Positions 1 to 8,674 of a stretch of 20,000 nucleotides of DNA are shown one piece after another. Source of the DNA: an uncultured virus (IMG/VR IMGVR_UViG_3300020530_000425). Lineage: Duplodnaviria; Heunggongvirae; Uroviricota; Caudoviricetes. The DNA is taken from IMG/VR virus record IMGVR_UViG_3300020530_000425; one strand, written 5' to 3'. How positions within the stretch are numbered: position 1 is the first letter of the stretch; each line of letters opens with the position of its first letter. Made by a program: the position numbers and the translations under genes. Under the pieces are notes generated by a model that worked only from the letters and a program-made list of their open reading frames with translations, did not search any database and had not been told where the DNA came from.

Positions 1-599
1 GATGTTTTACTATCTTCAGTTAAAAAAAACTCACTAAAACGAATTGTATTACCAACTCTACCACTTATAATAGTATCACCGTTTGATGGTTTTAAAAATT
101 TAATTTTTTCATTTACTACATATTCGTTTTTATCTTTAGTTTTAGTTTTTGCATTTGTTTTACCACCAGTAGCGGCAGTATTAGCCATAGAACCACCACC
201 CTGTTTTCCAGCAGGCACTTCTACATCTTCCTCTAACGTAGCATAATAAGTTGTATAATCTCTCCTATAATTTGAGTAAGGAGTGGTTGTATATGGTAAA
301 TAAAACGATTGATTATGTAGTTTTACTATAACTACTGTTTCACCTTTAATTGGAAATGTAAAATTATTTTTATCAAATGGAAATGCGTAATCATCTACTT
401 TAATACTACTTTCTTTTCGATAAGTGATAGCACCATACATCCTAGCATCTTTATCCGAAAATGTTTTATTATCGTTGTATACTGGAATAGCATCAAGTCC
501 TGCTTCACCTGGTTCTTTGGTTAACAATTCAGTTGTTGTACCGTATACATTATCTACGGTTGCTAAAAAGCCAAATATATTACTTTGAGTATCTGCCAT
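1..599 (-). CDS. Baseplate hub/spike protein, Gp5/Vgr OB-fold-like (runs off the window; not in the ORF track)
   Basis: Manual translation from the ATG at 599 (overlaps the upstream stop, TAATG): MADTQSNIFGFLATVDNVYG...FPIKGETVVIVK...KPSNGDTIISGRVGNTIRFSE, open to the window edge. The P-x-x-GE-x-V motif is typical of the Gp5/Vgr OB fold, and GD-x-I-x-x-GR-x-GN-x-IRF is a motif I recall from spike-like proteins of large phages. Confidence 0.6.
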   Translation of the reverse strand, partial: MADTQSNIFGFLATVDNVYGTTTELLTKEPGEAGLDAIPVYNDNKTFSDKDARMYGAITYRKESSIKVDDYAFPFDKNNFTFPIKGETVVIVKLHNQSFYLPYTTTPYSNYRRDYTTYYATLEEDVEVPAGKQGGGSMANTAATGGKTNAKTKTKDKNEYVVNEKIKFLKPSNGDTIISGRVGNTIRFSEFFLTEDSKT

Positions 600-1003
600 T
601 ATATTTTAGTTTTTATCTCTTCGATTTCAACTTGAATATCTAATAACTTTTCATCTGATTTTTTTTCTACTTCATTTATAGTATCTTCTAATTCGTTTAG
701 TAATTGTGCTTTTTCAGTTTCACTTAACCAACCATCTTCACCAATTCCTTTAGCTTCAGCTTGAGCCAATCGTTGTGCAATTGTAGCCAACTTAATTAAA
801 TGGTCATCATTCTTAATCGATGAATCAATTAAGTCTCTAATAATAGGGGCTATGACAGTTGCTTCTCCTACACTCTTAATTAATTTACGAAGTGATTCAA
901 TCATTTCTGAAATGTTCTTCTTCTTTACTTGCTGATTATCGTAAATATCTTTAAATAATGATGATAAATTTTTACCATCAAACAATTGAAATTCTGTGCT
1001 CAT
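599..1003 (-). CDS. Hypothetical phage protein, all-helical/coiled-coil (134 aa)
   Basis: ORF track; ATG start; translationally coupled to the baseplate gene. Confidence 0.75.
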   Translation of the reverse strand: MSTEFQLFDGKNLSSLFKDIYDNQQVKKKNISEMIESLRKLIKSVGEATVIAPIIRDLIDSSIKNDDHLIKLATIAQRLAQAEAKGIGEDGWLSETEKAQLLNELEDTINEVEKKSDEKLLDIQVEIEEIKTKI

Positions 1004-1035
1004 AATATGTTATTCTTTACTATATAATTATCTAG

Positions 1036-2736
1036 TTATGATATTTTACTTACTATATAATTTCCAATAACTAAATAATCCATATCACAATTTTTAAATG
1101 TAGTAACCGCAATGTATGGGTCATTAACCATTGTTTGTCCTCTTAAATTAAAAGATGTATTCAATAGTATAGGTGTTCCACTTACTTTTTCAAATTCTTT
1201 TAATAAACTATAATATAAAGGATTTTGTTCATTGGTTACTGTTTGGATTCTTGCACTATTATCGACATGAGTTACTGATGGAATTGGAGTTTCTGAAATA
1301 ACCTGAACTACTTGATTCATATATGGAACATCCTCTTCTGATTTAAAATACTGTTGATAATCTTCGTGAGTTACCGATGGAGCAAATGGTCTAAACATTT
1401 CTCTCTTTTTGACAACCTTATTAATTCTATCTCTTACATCTGGTAAATGTGGATTAGCTAATATAGAACGATTACCCAATGCTCTTGCACCAAATTCAGT
1501 TCTACCTTGAAACCAACCTATAATATTACCTTCCTTAATTAATTCGGCAGTTTTACTTAATAATGTATCGGTATTTTTATAGTATTTAAAAGATATATCT
1601 CCTATCCTATCTATAATATCTAATACATATTCTTTACTAAATTCGGGTCCTAAATATGGAGATTGATTATCACCACCTTTTATTTTGTTGTTTCCAATTA
1701 CATCATGCCATACATATAAACAGGCTCCAATTGCAGAACCTGCATCAGATGGTGCGTAGGGAATCCATACATTCTTAATACCACAATGTTTTTTGATTTT
1801 GCCATTAGCAGTTCCATTATATGCACATCCTCCACCTAACACTAAATTTGAATTACCAGAATAACTAGATGAATTATTAATGATGTAATATAAACACCTC
1901 TCATACCATCTCTGTAAAGAAGCTGCTAAATCCATGTGGTGTTGTTCTAATTTGGATTCAGGTTCACGTGGTTTAAATCCTATCAGTTTAACCAAATCCA
2001 ATGTAAACATATCCGTATTAGAATATTCCCATGTAAAATACTTCTGATTTATATTAACTAAATTAACCGTATCCAACGATGCTAATGTATCAAATAATTC
2101 GTTATATTTTGAAGAATCTCCGTATGGAGCCAATCCCATTACTTTATACTCACCACTATTTGGTTTAAATCCTAAATATGAAGTTATAGTTGAATACACT
2201 AACCCCAATGAATTTGGGAATTTTACGTTTTTAATTTCAATAATACCATTTGAATTACATTCCGCAATTGAGATAGTATCCCATTCACCAACACCATCAA
2301 TTGAAATTCCAATAGCTTCATCAAACGGTGATGTGTAAAAAGATAACGCTAAATGAGATAAATGATGTTTTGTAAATGTAATTACACCATCATACCCAAT
2401 AGCATCTTTTATATATTTTTTTAAATTTCCCTCTGTTGCTTTAAATTCTTTTTTAAACTTATTCCAAGTTTTGAAATATTTAATCCATCTTTTTCCTAAT
2501 GTTTTACTAACTCTATCATATTTGATATTTGGTACTTCATACCAACAAAGGATATCTACTTTATCTATTGTAATTTGCGCGTAAGATAAGCATGCTTCTA
2601 TAGCTTTTAATGGAAAAGAGTTGTCATGCTTTATGCCTGACAACTTCTCTTCTTCTATTGCAAATATTACCTTACCATCTATAAGCAATGCAGCTGCTGA
2701 ATCGTGATAAAATGCGGATATTCCTAATTGAATCAT
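1036..2736 (-). CDS. O-carbamoyltransferase, NodU/CmcH/TobZ family
   Basis: Motifs LGISAFYHDSAAAL, HHLSH, DGVGE, EYKVMGLAPYG, DAGSAIG, EFGARALGNRSILA, KKREMFRPFAP, HVDNSARIQTV, LLNTSFN. Confidence 0.95.
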   Translation of the reverse strand: MIQLGISAFYHDSAAALLIDGKVIFAIEEEKLSGIKHDNSFPLKAIEACLSYAQITIDKVDILCWYEVPNIKYDRVSKTLGKRWIKYFKTWNKFKKEFKATEGNLKKYIKDAIGYDGVITFTKHHLSHLALSFYTSPFDEAIGISIDGVGEWDTISIAECNSNGIIEIKNVKFPNSLGLVYSTITSYLGFKPNSGEYKVMGLAPYGDSSKYNELFDTLASLDTVNLVNINQKYFTWEYSNTDMFTLDLVKLIGFKPREPESKLEQHHMDLAASLQRWYERCLYYIINNSSSYSGNSNLVLGGGCAYNGTANGKIKKHCGIKNVWIPYAPSDAGSAIGACLYVWHDVIGNNKIKGGDNQSPYLGPEFSKEYVLDIIDRIGDISFKYYKNTDTLLSKTAELIKEGNIIGWFQGRTEFGARALGNRSILANPHLPDVRDRINKVVKKREMFRPFAPSVTHEDYQQYFKSEEDVPYMNQVVQVISETPIPSVTHVDNSARIQTVTNEQNPLYYSLLKEFEKVSGTPILLNTSFNLRGQTMVNDPYIAVTTFKNCDMDYLVIGNYIVSKIS

Positions 2737-2740
2737 AATA

Positions 2741-3430
2741 TTAAATTTTTATGTCACCATCTCTTTCGAACTCATTATATAGTTCCATTTGTCTTTCTCT
2801 CATCTTATTAACAACTTTAGTAATATAATGAGTTGGGTGACCAGTCATCTCTCTAATAAGTAGATAAAGAGATTTTTTATTGAAATTTTCTATGTATTCT
2901 GCTCTTCTAAATAATTCTAAAACTGAATCTGCTATTTGTAAATCTCGTTTTTTAGGAAAGAAATTTTCTAAATGTTTATCCCAATAATTCAACATTACTA
3001 CATTAAAAGTTCTATGGTCATCATTACGGACTTCTTCTGTAAAATTGTTTTCAGTATCCCAATGGTCTGGCATTGCAGACATTATATCCGTATCTTTATA
3101 TCTTTTATAATTTGCGTTGTTATTTAAAATCAAATAGTTTCTCGCAACAATTGTGAAATAAGAAAAGGCTTTACCTTTTCCATTTTTATACATGTGAATT
3201 TTTTCAATCATAAAAGCAACAACTTCACACATCACATCTTGTGGGTCATCATCAAAATATGAAAACTTCCATTTGTTGTAAACTATTTCTGCTAGTTTAT
3301 CAAATGCAGGCTTAATTCTATCCCTATATAATAAATCTTTAATACGTTGATTATCCGATAGGTTGTATTCTATAATTGCATCTTCAGTATCTTTTGTGAA
3401 GTATTGTTTGCTTTTTGCTTTTCTTGGCAT
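2741..3430 (-). CDS. Phage sigma factor-like protein (gp55/sigma70 region 2-like), putative late transcription factor
   Basis: Helical protein with EKIHMYKNGKGKAFSYFTIVARNYL, resembling sigma region 2.3-2.4 of phage late sigma factors; possible C-terminal HTH (LIREMTGHPTHYITKVVNKM). Confidence 0.6.
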   Translation of the reverse strand: MPRKAKSKQYFTKDTEDAIIEYNLSDNQRIKDLLYRDRIKPAFDKLAEIVYNKWKFSYFDDDPQDVMCEVVAFMIEKIHMYKNGKGKAFSYFTIVARNYLILNNNANYKRYKDTDIMSAMPDHWDTENNFTEEVRNDDHRTFNVVMLNYWDKHLENFFPKKRDLQIADSVLELFRRAEYIENFNKKSLYLLIREMTGHPTHYITKVVNKMRERQMELYNEFERDGDIKI

Positions 3431-3431
3431 T

Positions 3432-3674
3432 TTAATTGAATTGTTTGAATCTTTCGATAGTTTCTTTTATTTGATAAAATATAGAACCTACTTCATCATC
3501 CTTCTCAAACATTTCACGAGAATCTATTTCTCTTAATGCCTCCAGTAATGCTTGGTTTCTTTGAGTTTCTCTTTCTATAAACTCTTCGTATTTTTCTAAT
3601 TTTGTTAAAAGATTCCTAACTATATATAATGCAGTTAAGAATAGTACAATTATTATTCCTAATAAAATTTCCAT
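3432..3674 (-). CDS. Small protein with one N-terminal transmembrane helix and a coiled coil
   Basis: ILLGIIIVLFLTALYIV hydrophobic segment followed by a charged helix; tightly packed between its neighbours. Confidence 0.75.
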   Translation of the reverse strand: MEILLGIIIVLFLTALYIVRNLLTKLEKYEEFIERETQRNQALLEALREIDSREMFEKDDEVGSIFYQIKETIERFKQFN

Positions 3675-3675
3675 A

Positions 3676-4323
3676 TTAAACTATTTCGTATCCTTTTAAA
3701 AAATAATCATTTGCTTTTTTGTATTTAACCTCAACTAATTCACCTGTTGGTGATTTCATTACAATTTTGTCATTTCTACCATAATTGTTTTTCTTTGTGA
3801 TAGTTGTAGAATAAATTCTATCTTTAATAGTTATCCCATCTAAATGGTCAATTTCATGTTGTACAATAACTGTCATCATTGTTTCCATTGAAACTCTTTC
3901 ATCTACTTTATCTCCTTCTGGATTAATTTCAAATTCTAATTCTCCCAAATTATCAGTTTGAACTTTAATTTTACAAGACCTGATAGTTTTCAGTGGTTTT
4001 TCAATTGTTTTTGGAATAGATAGACATCCTTCATAAAAAAGAAATCCTTCTTTAGACCTTTCTGTAATAACTGGATTTAAAAGAAATAGTTCTCTACCAG
4101 TTTCTTCGTCACCAAATTTAATATAACAGGCTCTTTTCTTAATACCTAATTGAGTTGCCGAAATACCTAAACCTGGATACTGATGTAATCCTGCTTTAAG
4201 TGTTTCTTCTAATTCATTTGCTTCAATAGCAGTAAATTCTGTTTTGGGAACGCGTGTTAACAAAAACTCGCTAAATTCGTTAGATTGTAATCCGTTTGAT
4301 GCTTTGTCTGTAATTAATTTCAT
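3676..4323 (-). CDS. def: Peptide deformylase with a degenerate SEC-C-like C-terminal tail
   Basis: All three PDF motifs: GLGISATQLG, EGCLS, QHEIDHLDG. Confidence 0.93.
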   Translation of the reverse strand: MKLITDKASNGLQSNEFSEFLLTRVPKTEFTAIEANELEETLKAGLHQYPGLGISATQLGIKKRACYIKFGDEETGRELFLLNPVITERSKEGFLFYEGCLSIPKTIEKPLKTIRSCKIKVQTDNLGELEFEINPEGDKVDERVSMETMMTVIVQHEIDHLDGITIKDRIYSTTITKKNNYGRNDKIVMKSPTGELVEVKYKKANDYFLKGYEIV

Positions 4324-4331
4324 ATTTTTAT

Positions 4332-4541
4332 TTATTTTTTTAATCCGTATTTTATAAATTTATACCATATTCTTTCATGAATATAATATTGAACTGGTTT
4401 ATACACTAATTCTACAACTCCAAATGCAGCCCCTATCTGAATTGAACCACTTATCCACCACATTATTAAAAACCCTATGAGGGTACTTAAAATACGATAT
4501 GAGATGGTTTTAGCAATATGTCTCTTACGTTGTACTACCAT
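4332..4541 (-). CDS. DUF2061-like small membrane protein
   Basis: RHIAKTISYRILST...YYIHERIW pattern with two hydrophobic segments. The ATG at 4541 (MVVQRK) is preferred to the GTG at 4577. Confidence 0.8.
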   Translation of the reverse strand: MVVQRKRHIAKTISYRILSTLIGFLIMWWISGSIQIGAAFGVVELVYKPVQYYIHERIWYKFIKYGLKK

Positions 4542-4884
4542 TTGAATATATTTCTCCTTTTCTAATTTTAGTACCACTTATTTCAGCAATTTCTGTTGGT
4601 GGTTCATGATATATTACATCATATCCTACACCTCTACCATAGTTTACTGATTCAATATCAGGAATAATAGATATATGAATTTGATTCCAATTTTCTTGAA
4701 AGAATGGTTCTTTTGTTAATTCAATCATTACCTGTTGGGCAGTTTTGGGGTTGTTTTCATCTACATCCACATCTCTAATTGCCACCCAAACATTCTTTCC
4801 CTTTTCAAGTTGTTGATTGATTAACCATTCATGTCCTTTGTGCCAATTCTGCCATCTTCCGATGTATAGTGCGTACTTTTTCAT
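4525..4884 (-). CDS. Cytidyltransferase-like (HxGH) nucleotidyltransferase
   Basis: IGRWQNWHKGH (HxGH motif) and ISGTKIR (SxT-x-IR motif) of the HUP nucleotidyltransferase superfamily. Confidence 0.85.
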   Translation of the reverse strand: MKKYALYIGRWQNWHKGHEWLINQQLEKGKNVWVAIRDVDVDENNPKTAQQVMIELTKEPFFQENWNQIHISIIPDIESVNYGRGVGYDVIYHEPPTEIAEISGTKIRKGEIYSNGSTT

Positions 4885-5780
4885 AACATTGTTTTTATAA
4901 ATGGTAATATTGCTAATTCTTTTCCTTTTGCTTCAACCATAATGTCCACATCCAACTCGTATGTATTGGGGAGGGCATTAATATACACCGAATGGGCTTG
5001 TGGTTTTTCTTTTGGATTATTTTCATGTAATGCTTTTGATTCTGAATAATGAACTTCTTGTATAATACCTTTTGGCCAAGTTGTGGCAGCAAGTTTAAGA
5101 GCTTCTTCTTCGGTTAACCCACCCGTACAAAATTGGTGATGATGGTAATCAAATACAATAGGAATACCTGTTCGTTCGTAGATATACATCAAATCTTTTA
5201 CGGAATACATAGAAGCCTTATCATCATTCTCCAATGTCAATCGTTTTTGTACGCTTGGAGAGAGTCTTTTGAAATTTGTAATCAATCTATCCATCGCAGA
5301 TTGTTTATCTCCGTATACCCCATTACAATGGATATTAATATTGTTGTAATGGGTTTTAGATAACCCCATAAGGTCAAATATCTTACCATGTAATTCTAAA
5401 TCAGCAAAAGTTTTCTGAATAACTTCTTCGTTGGGTGAAGGGAGCACATTGAATGGGCCAGGATGAGAATTAATACGGATATTATGAAATTTGGCAAAAT
5501 CACCTGCTTTCTTTAACTCCGATTTAATTTCTTTGTAATCTTTTAGTTGGGTTAAATCCAAACCATCACCCCACGGAATAATAGTGGATGATAAACGAAA
5601 AAAATTGATATTATGGATACGATTCCATTCTAATATCTTAATAATATCTTTGGCATTTGCTAACGCCAACTCCGAAACGTAATCCAAGCCTTTGGCATTG
5701 AATGTTTTCTTCACCATTGAACGATTTGTGGTAACCTTGTTACCCATCGACATATTAATACACGCATATCCTATATTCAT
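4881..5780 (-). CDS. uvsE: UV DNA damage endonuclease (UvsE/UvdE)
   Basis: GYACIN, FFRLSS, HPGPF, LENDDK, DYHHH, HYSES, DIMVEAKGKELA motifs. Confidence 0.95.
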   Translation of the reverse strand: MNIGYACINMSMGNKVTTNRSMVKKTFNAKGLDYVSELALANAKDIIKILEWNRIHNINFFRLSSTIIPWGDGLDLTQLKDYKEIKSELKKAGDFAKFHNIRINSHPGPFNVLPSPNEEVIQKTFADLELHGKIFDLMGLSKTHYNNINIHCNGVYGDKQSAMDRLITNFKRLSPSVQKRLTLENDDKASMYSVKDLMYIYERTGIPIVFDYHHHQFCTGGLTEEEALKLAATTWPKGIIQEVHYSESKALHENNPKEKPQAHSVYINALPNTYELDVDIMVEAKGKELAILPFIKTML

Positions 5781-5784
5781 ACTT

Positions 5785-5815
5785 TAAATATAAGAAAAAT
5801 ATTTCGTATTTACAA
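5785..5815 (-). promoter_or_regulatory. Bacteroidota-type primary-sigma promoter for uvsE
   Basis: On the minus strand: TTG-N20-TATATTTA, 4 nt before the ATG; resembles the -33 TTTG / -7 TAnnTTTG consensus. Confidence 0.6.
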
Positions 5816-5819
5816 GCGG

Positions 5820-6860
5820 TTAGTAAGTTTTGATGTTTTCTTCTTCGTTACGGAATTTAGCCAAATCCCTAACACTTCCTTTTTTGGTGTTTAACCAATA
5901 ATTTACAGCTTTTGGATTATTTATCCACAATTTACGATTATTCCATGGAAATTCTGGATGCATGTATTCTTCCCATTTTAAATTTGAAGTTTCTTCTTCC
6001 TCTTCTTGAATTTTTTCAATGTTAGAAGCAGTTTCGTCAACTACATCCTCTGTTTTATCACCATAAATTTCATATAACCCCAATTTTTCATCATTTTCTA
6101 TCATTTCAACTAATTTTTCTTTTTGTTGGAGTTTTTTGTTAGAAATTAAACCATTAAATGCGATAATTAGAGCAACTGCGAGAGGGTCAAACACAATTAC
6201 AATCAAAAATATGAAGAATTTTACTACATTTTTTAATTCAATACCGAATGCTTCAGCTACAAATCGAAATCCACCTACTTCTTTCTCTAAATCGAGGTTA
6301 GCAATCTTAATTTCGTTGATTTTTTCTGTTTCAATTGCGTTTTCTGCTTGTAAATTAGAAATTTTATCGTTAATTTTACTAATTTCCTTATCTCTAGCAT
6401 CAAGTGAACGTAATAAACGTGAATTTACTGTACCTCCATCAATAATTTTACCTTGATTGGAGTTAAATTCGGTAATTTGAGTAGAAAGTTGAGTAATTTG
6501 CTCGGTGTTTTGGTCAATTTTTGTTTGATGAACCTCAATTTCTCTATCTACTTGCTGCAATTGTAGTGATTGTGCTTGAAATGCGTTTGAAAGGTATCCA
6601 AAAATACCTGCGGAAGTGATTAACATTAATAATCCAACAGATAAAGTTAAATACCATTTGTTGAATCCTTTAATGTTATCCCATTCTTGTTTGAGATATG
6701 TTGCAGCAACTAATTTAGCTAACTCTAAAGAGGAAGCCATTACTATAACTGATGTAGATGCTCCCGCAAAGAGAACACCTAAACCAGTTACAGAGAAATA
6801 AGCCGCACATCCGGCTACAATAATAGCAGATAATCCTACTAATACTTTTAGCCAATTCAT
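5820..6860 (-). CDS. Phage membrane protein: three N-terminal TM helices, long coiled coil, further TM helix
   Basis: Hydrophobic segments within residues ~4-90, heptad-rich QQVDREIE...NLDLEKE, then FFIFLIVIVFDPLAVALIIAF. Confidence 0.8.
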   Translation of the reverse strand: MNWLKVLVGLSAIIVAGCAAYFSVTGLGVLFAGASTSVIVMASSLELAKLVAATYLKQEWDNIKGFNKWYLTLSVGLLMLITSAGIFGYLSNAFQAQSLQLQQVDREIEVHQTKIDQNTEQITQLSTQITEFNSNQGKIIDGGTVNSRLLRSLDARDKEISKINDKISNLQAENAIETEKINEIKIANLDLEKEVGGFRFVAEAFGIELKNVVKFFIFLIVIVFDPLAVALIIAFNGLISNKKLQQKEKLVEMIENDEKLGLYEIYGDKTEDVVDETASNIEKIQEEEEETSNLKWEEYMHPEFPWNNRKLWINNPKAVNYWLNTKKGSVRDLAKFRNEEENIKTY

Positions 6861-6861
6861 A

Positions 6862-7038
6862 TTATCGATTGATTCTAGCTAACTCTCCTACACGTTCTAT
6901 TAATGCTCGGGCGTCTGCTAATGTAGTATGTGCTTCAGAAGGTGATAAGTTCTGTGCACCTGAAATTCCATTTTGTAAAATTCTCAATTTACCATCAATG
7001 GCTTCTAGTAAGTTTTTTATTTTTTCGTCGTATATCAT
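6862..7038 (-). CDS. Hypothetical 58-aa protein (not in the ORF track)
   Basis: Manual translation MIYDEKIKNLLEAIDGKLRILQNGISGAQNLSPSEAHTTLADARALIERVGELARINR*; fills the gap in the operon direction, with its stop 1 nt before the next ATG. Confidence 0.75.
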   Translation of the reverse strand: MIYDEKIKNLLEAIDGKLRILQNGISGAQNLSPSEAHTTLADARALIERVGELARINR

Positions 7039-7058
7039 ACTAATAAGTATTTTTAAAT

Positions 7059-7088
7059 AAAAAAAGGTGATAAGTTAGTCTTACCACC
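7059..7088 (-). terminator. Rho-independent terminator downstream of hsp20
   Basis: Minus strand: GGTGGTAAG-actaa-CTTATCACC stem-loop followed by T7. Confidence 0.8.
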
Positions 7089-7090
7089 CA

Positions 7091-7121
7091 TAAATATAGA
7101 AAAAATATTTCAATTAATCAA
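7091..7121 (-). promoter_or_regulatory. Bacteroidota-type promoter abutting the terminator
   Basis: Minus strand: TTG-N20-TATATTTA. Confidence 0.45.
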
Positions 7122-7494
7122 CTGTAATCGGAATTGATTTTGACTTTCTTTCTTCTTTTTTATCAATTGTTAAAATAAGTAACCCATTAGAAAATTTAGC
7201 TTTCGTTTTAGTTCCATCATAATCTTTGCTTACCGTAAAGGTAACATCGATATCATGAACCAATGGAGAGCTTCCTTCTTCTTTTTTTGCTTTAATTTTA
7301 ATTTTGTCATCTGTAACATCTAATTTAATGTTTTTAGCATCATGTCCTAAAACATTTAAAGTTAGTTGTTGCTGACCATCTTCCAATTGAGATACATCAT
7401 AATCCGCTACAAATGAAGCGTAATTTGATGATGTAGTATTCCATTTTGGAGAATCAAATAACTCGTATAATTTTCTTAAATCTGTGATGTACAT
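7114..7494 (-). CDS. Small heat-shock protein, Hsp20/alpha-crystallin family
   Basis: LNVLGHDAKNIKLDVTDDKIKIKA...AKFSNGLLILTIDK...IPI (IxI motif). Confidence 0.9.
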   Translation of the reverse strand: MYITDLRKLYELFDSPKWNTTSSNYASFVADYDVSQLEDGQQQLTLNVLGHDAKNIKLDVTDDKIKIKAKKEEGSSPLVHDIDVTFTVSKDYDGTKTKAKFSNGLLILTIDKKEERKSKSIPITVD

Positions 7495-7535
7495 AATTTT
7501 TAATTTTAAGTTTTCAAATAATTTAAACTGATAGT

Positions 7536-7608
7536 ATCCATTTTTATACCAATCAAATTATTATGACAAATTGTCAGTGTTCTCTAAATAAAGTATGACA
7601 CTTTGTCT
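7536..7608 (-). promoter_or_regulatory. hsp20 control region: two TGACA-N3-TGTC(A/T) palindromes plus a sigma54-like -24/-12 element
   Basis: TGACA-aat-TGTCA (7564-7576) and TGACA-ctt-TGTCT (7596-7608), 32 bp apart; TTGGTATAAAAATGGAT on the minus strand (7552-7536). Confidence 0.55.
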
Positions 7609-7611
7609 GTA

Positions 7612-8265
7612 TTATTTAGATTTAATGTAATTTTGTCTTTCAATAATAGTACTCATGTGGTCTGCCCAATGCATTATGTACTGAATATTTGATTTAAGAT
7701 ATTTGGATAAATCAAATGTTTTGTAATATTTTACATTATCTTCATCATACATTCCATCTGTAAGTTTAATACCAAAATATTCATTTTCATTATACTGAAT
7801 ACCATACCTGTTAAGTAAGAAGAAAGTTCTGTCAGTAATTGCCATATAAGAGTTCTTACTATTTCTAGTGTATACTTCACCTTTATTTTTTACATGCCAT
7901 TCTGATTCATTAGGTTCATAATGCAATTCTTCTTTAGTTCCTAACTTTCCTAAATCATGATGTAGTGCTACAAATATTAATTCTTCATCTGTAAAATCAG
8001 GTACACCACCCTGTGATACAAATACATTTTTCATAGCAATTGCATTCTTACAAACATTAAAAATGTGGTCGATATAACCACCAGGATATGCATTATGAAA
8101 ATTTAAATTACCTGAAGCTGGTGATATCATAAGGTTACCACCTAATTCTGATTCAGAGTACATGTGAAGAAGTTTTTCTAATCTTTCTCCTGTGAAGTAC
8201 TTTTCTAGGATTTTAAGAAACTTTTCGTAATTTGTTTTTAATTCTTGTTCTGTTTTTTGTTTCAT
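7612..8265 (-). CDS. HD-domain phosphohydrolase/nuclease
   Basis: HNAYPGGYIDH...LHHDLGK...HWAD metal-binding motifs. Confidence 0.88.
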   Translation of the reverse strand: MKQKTEQELKTNYEKFLKILEKYFTGERLEKLLHMYSESELGGNLMISPASGNLNFHNAYPGGYIDHIFNVCKNAIAMKNVFVSQGGVPDFTDEELIFVALHHDLGKLGTKEELHYEPNESEWHVKNKGEVYTRNSKNSYMAITDRTFFLLNRYGIQYNENEYFGIKLTDGMYDEDNVKYYKTFDLSKYLKSNIQYIMHWADHMSTIIERQNYIKSK

Positions 8266-8303
8266 TTTCTTGAGTAGTAAAGAGTTTAACTATTAATAAT
8301 ACC

Positions 8304-8334
8304 CAAACATACGAAAAATTTTCAACTTTTCCTA
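8304..8334 (-). promoter_or_regulatory. Bacteroidota-type promoter for the HD-domain gene
   Basis: Minus strand: TAG-N20-TATGTTTG, a perfect TAnnTTTG -7 element. Confidence 0.65.
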
Positions 8335-8338
8335 GTCA

Positions 8339-8656
8339 TCAGATAAAAAGTTTTTTCTTTGTTAAAATTTCATATAGAATTTCAACCTCTTCTTCAGTAG
8401 TTAATTCAGGCAAATCATCATCAAACAATCGAAGAGTGTAGACGGTATTTCCTTTTTCATCAAAAAATTCATCAGATTCAGAACTGAATAATGCGGGAGC
8501 ATATTCTATATTTTCTAAAGCATCCTCATCATCTATATCTATCAATGGTATAACATAATAGTGATAAGAATCTACTCCATCTTCTACTTCTATTTTATGA
8601 CACTTCCATTTATTGAAGCTATTTTCAGTTATTAGAGTCTGTGGTAATATAATCAT
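8339..8656 (-). CDS. Acidic hypothetical protein (105 aa)
   Basis: ORF track; has its own promoter upstream. Confidence 0.75.
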   Translation of the reverse strand: MIILPQTLITENSFNKWKCHKIEVEDGVDSYHYYVIPLIDIDDEDALENIEYAPALFSSESDEFFDEKGNTVYTLRLFDDDLPELTTEEEVEILYEILTKKKLFI

Positions 8657-8674
8657 AATTAAAACATTTAGAAG

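Noticed and set aside
599..1003. Small terminase call for the 134-aa helical protein
   Set aside because: Size and helicity fit, but there is no diagnostic motif and no large terminase in the window.
4542..4577. GTG start at 4577 for the DUF2061-like gene
   Set aside because: It creates a long overlap with the upstream gene; the ATG at 4541 starts right at the family motif.
5133..7060. Plus-strand ORFs 5133-5363, 6136-6456, 6616-6801, 6869-7060
   Set aside because: Antisense shadows of well-supported minus-strand genes; no recognisable motifs.
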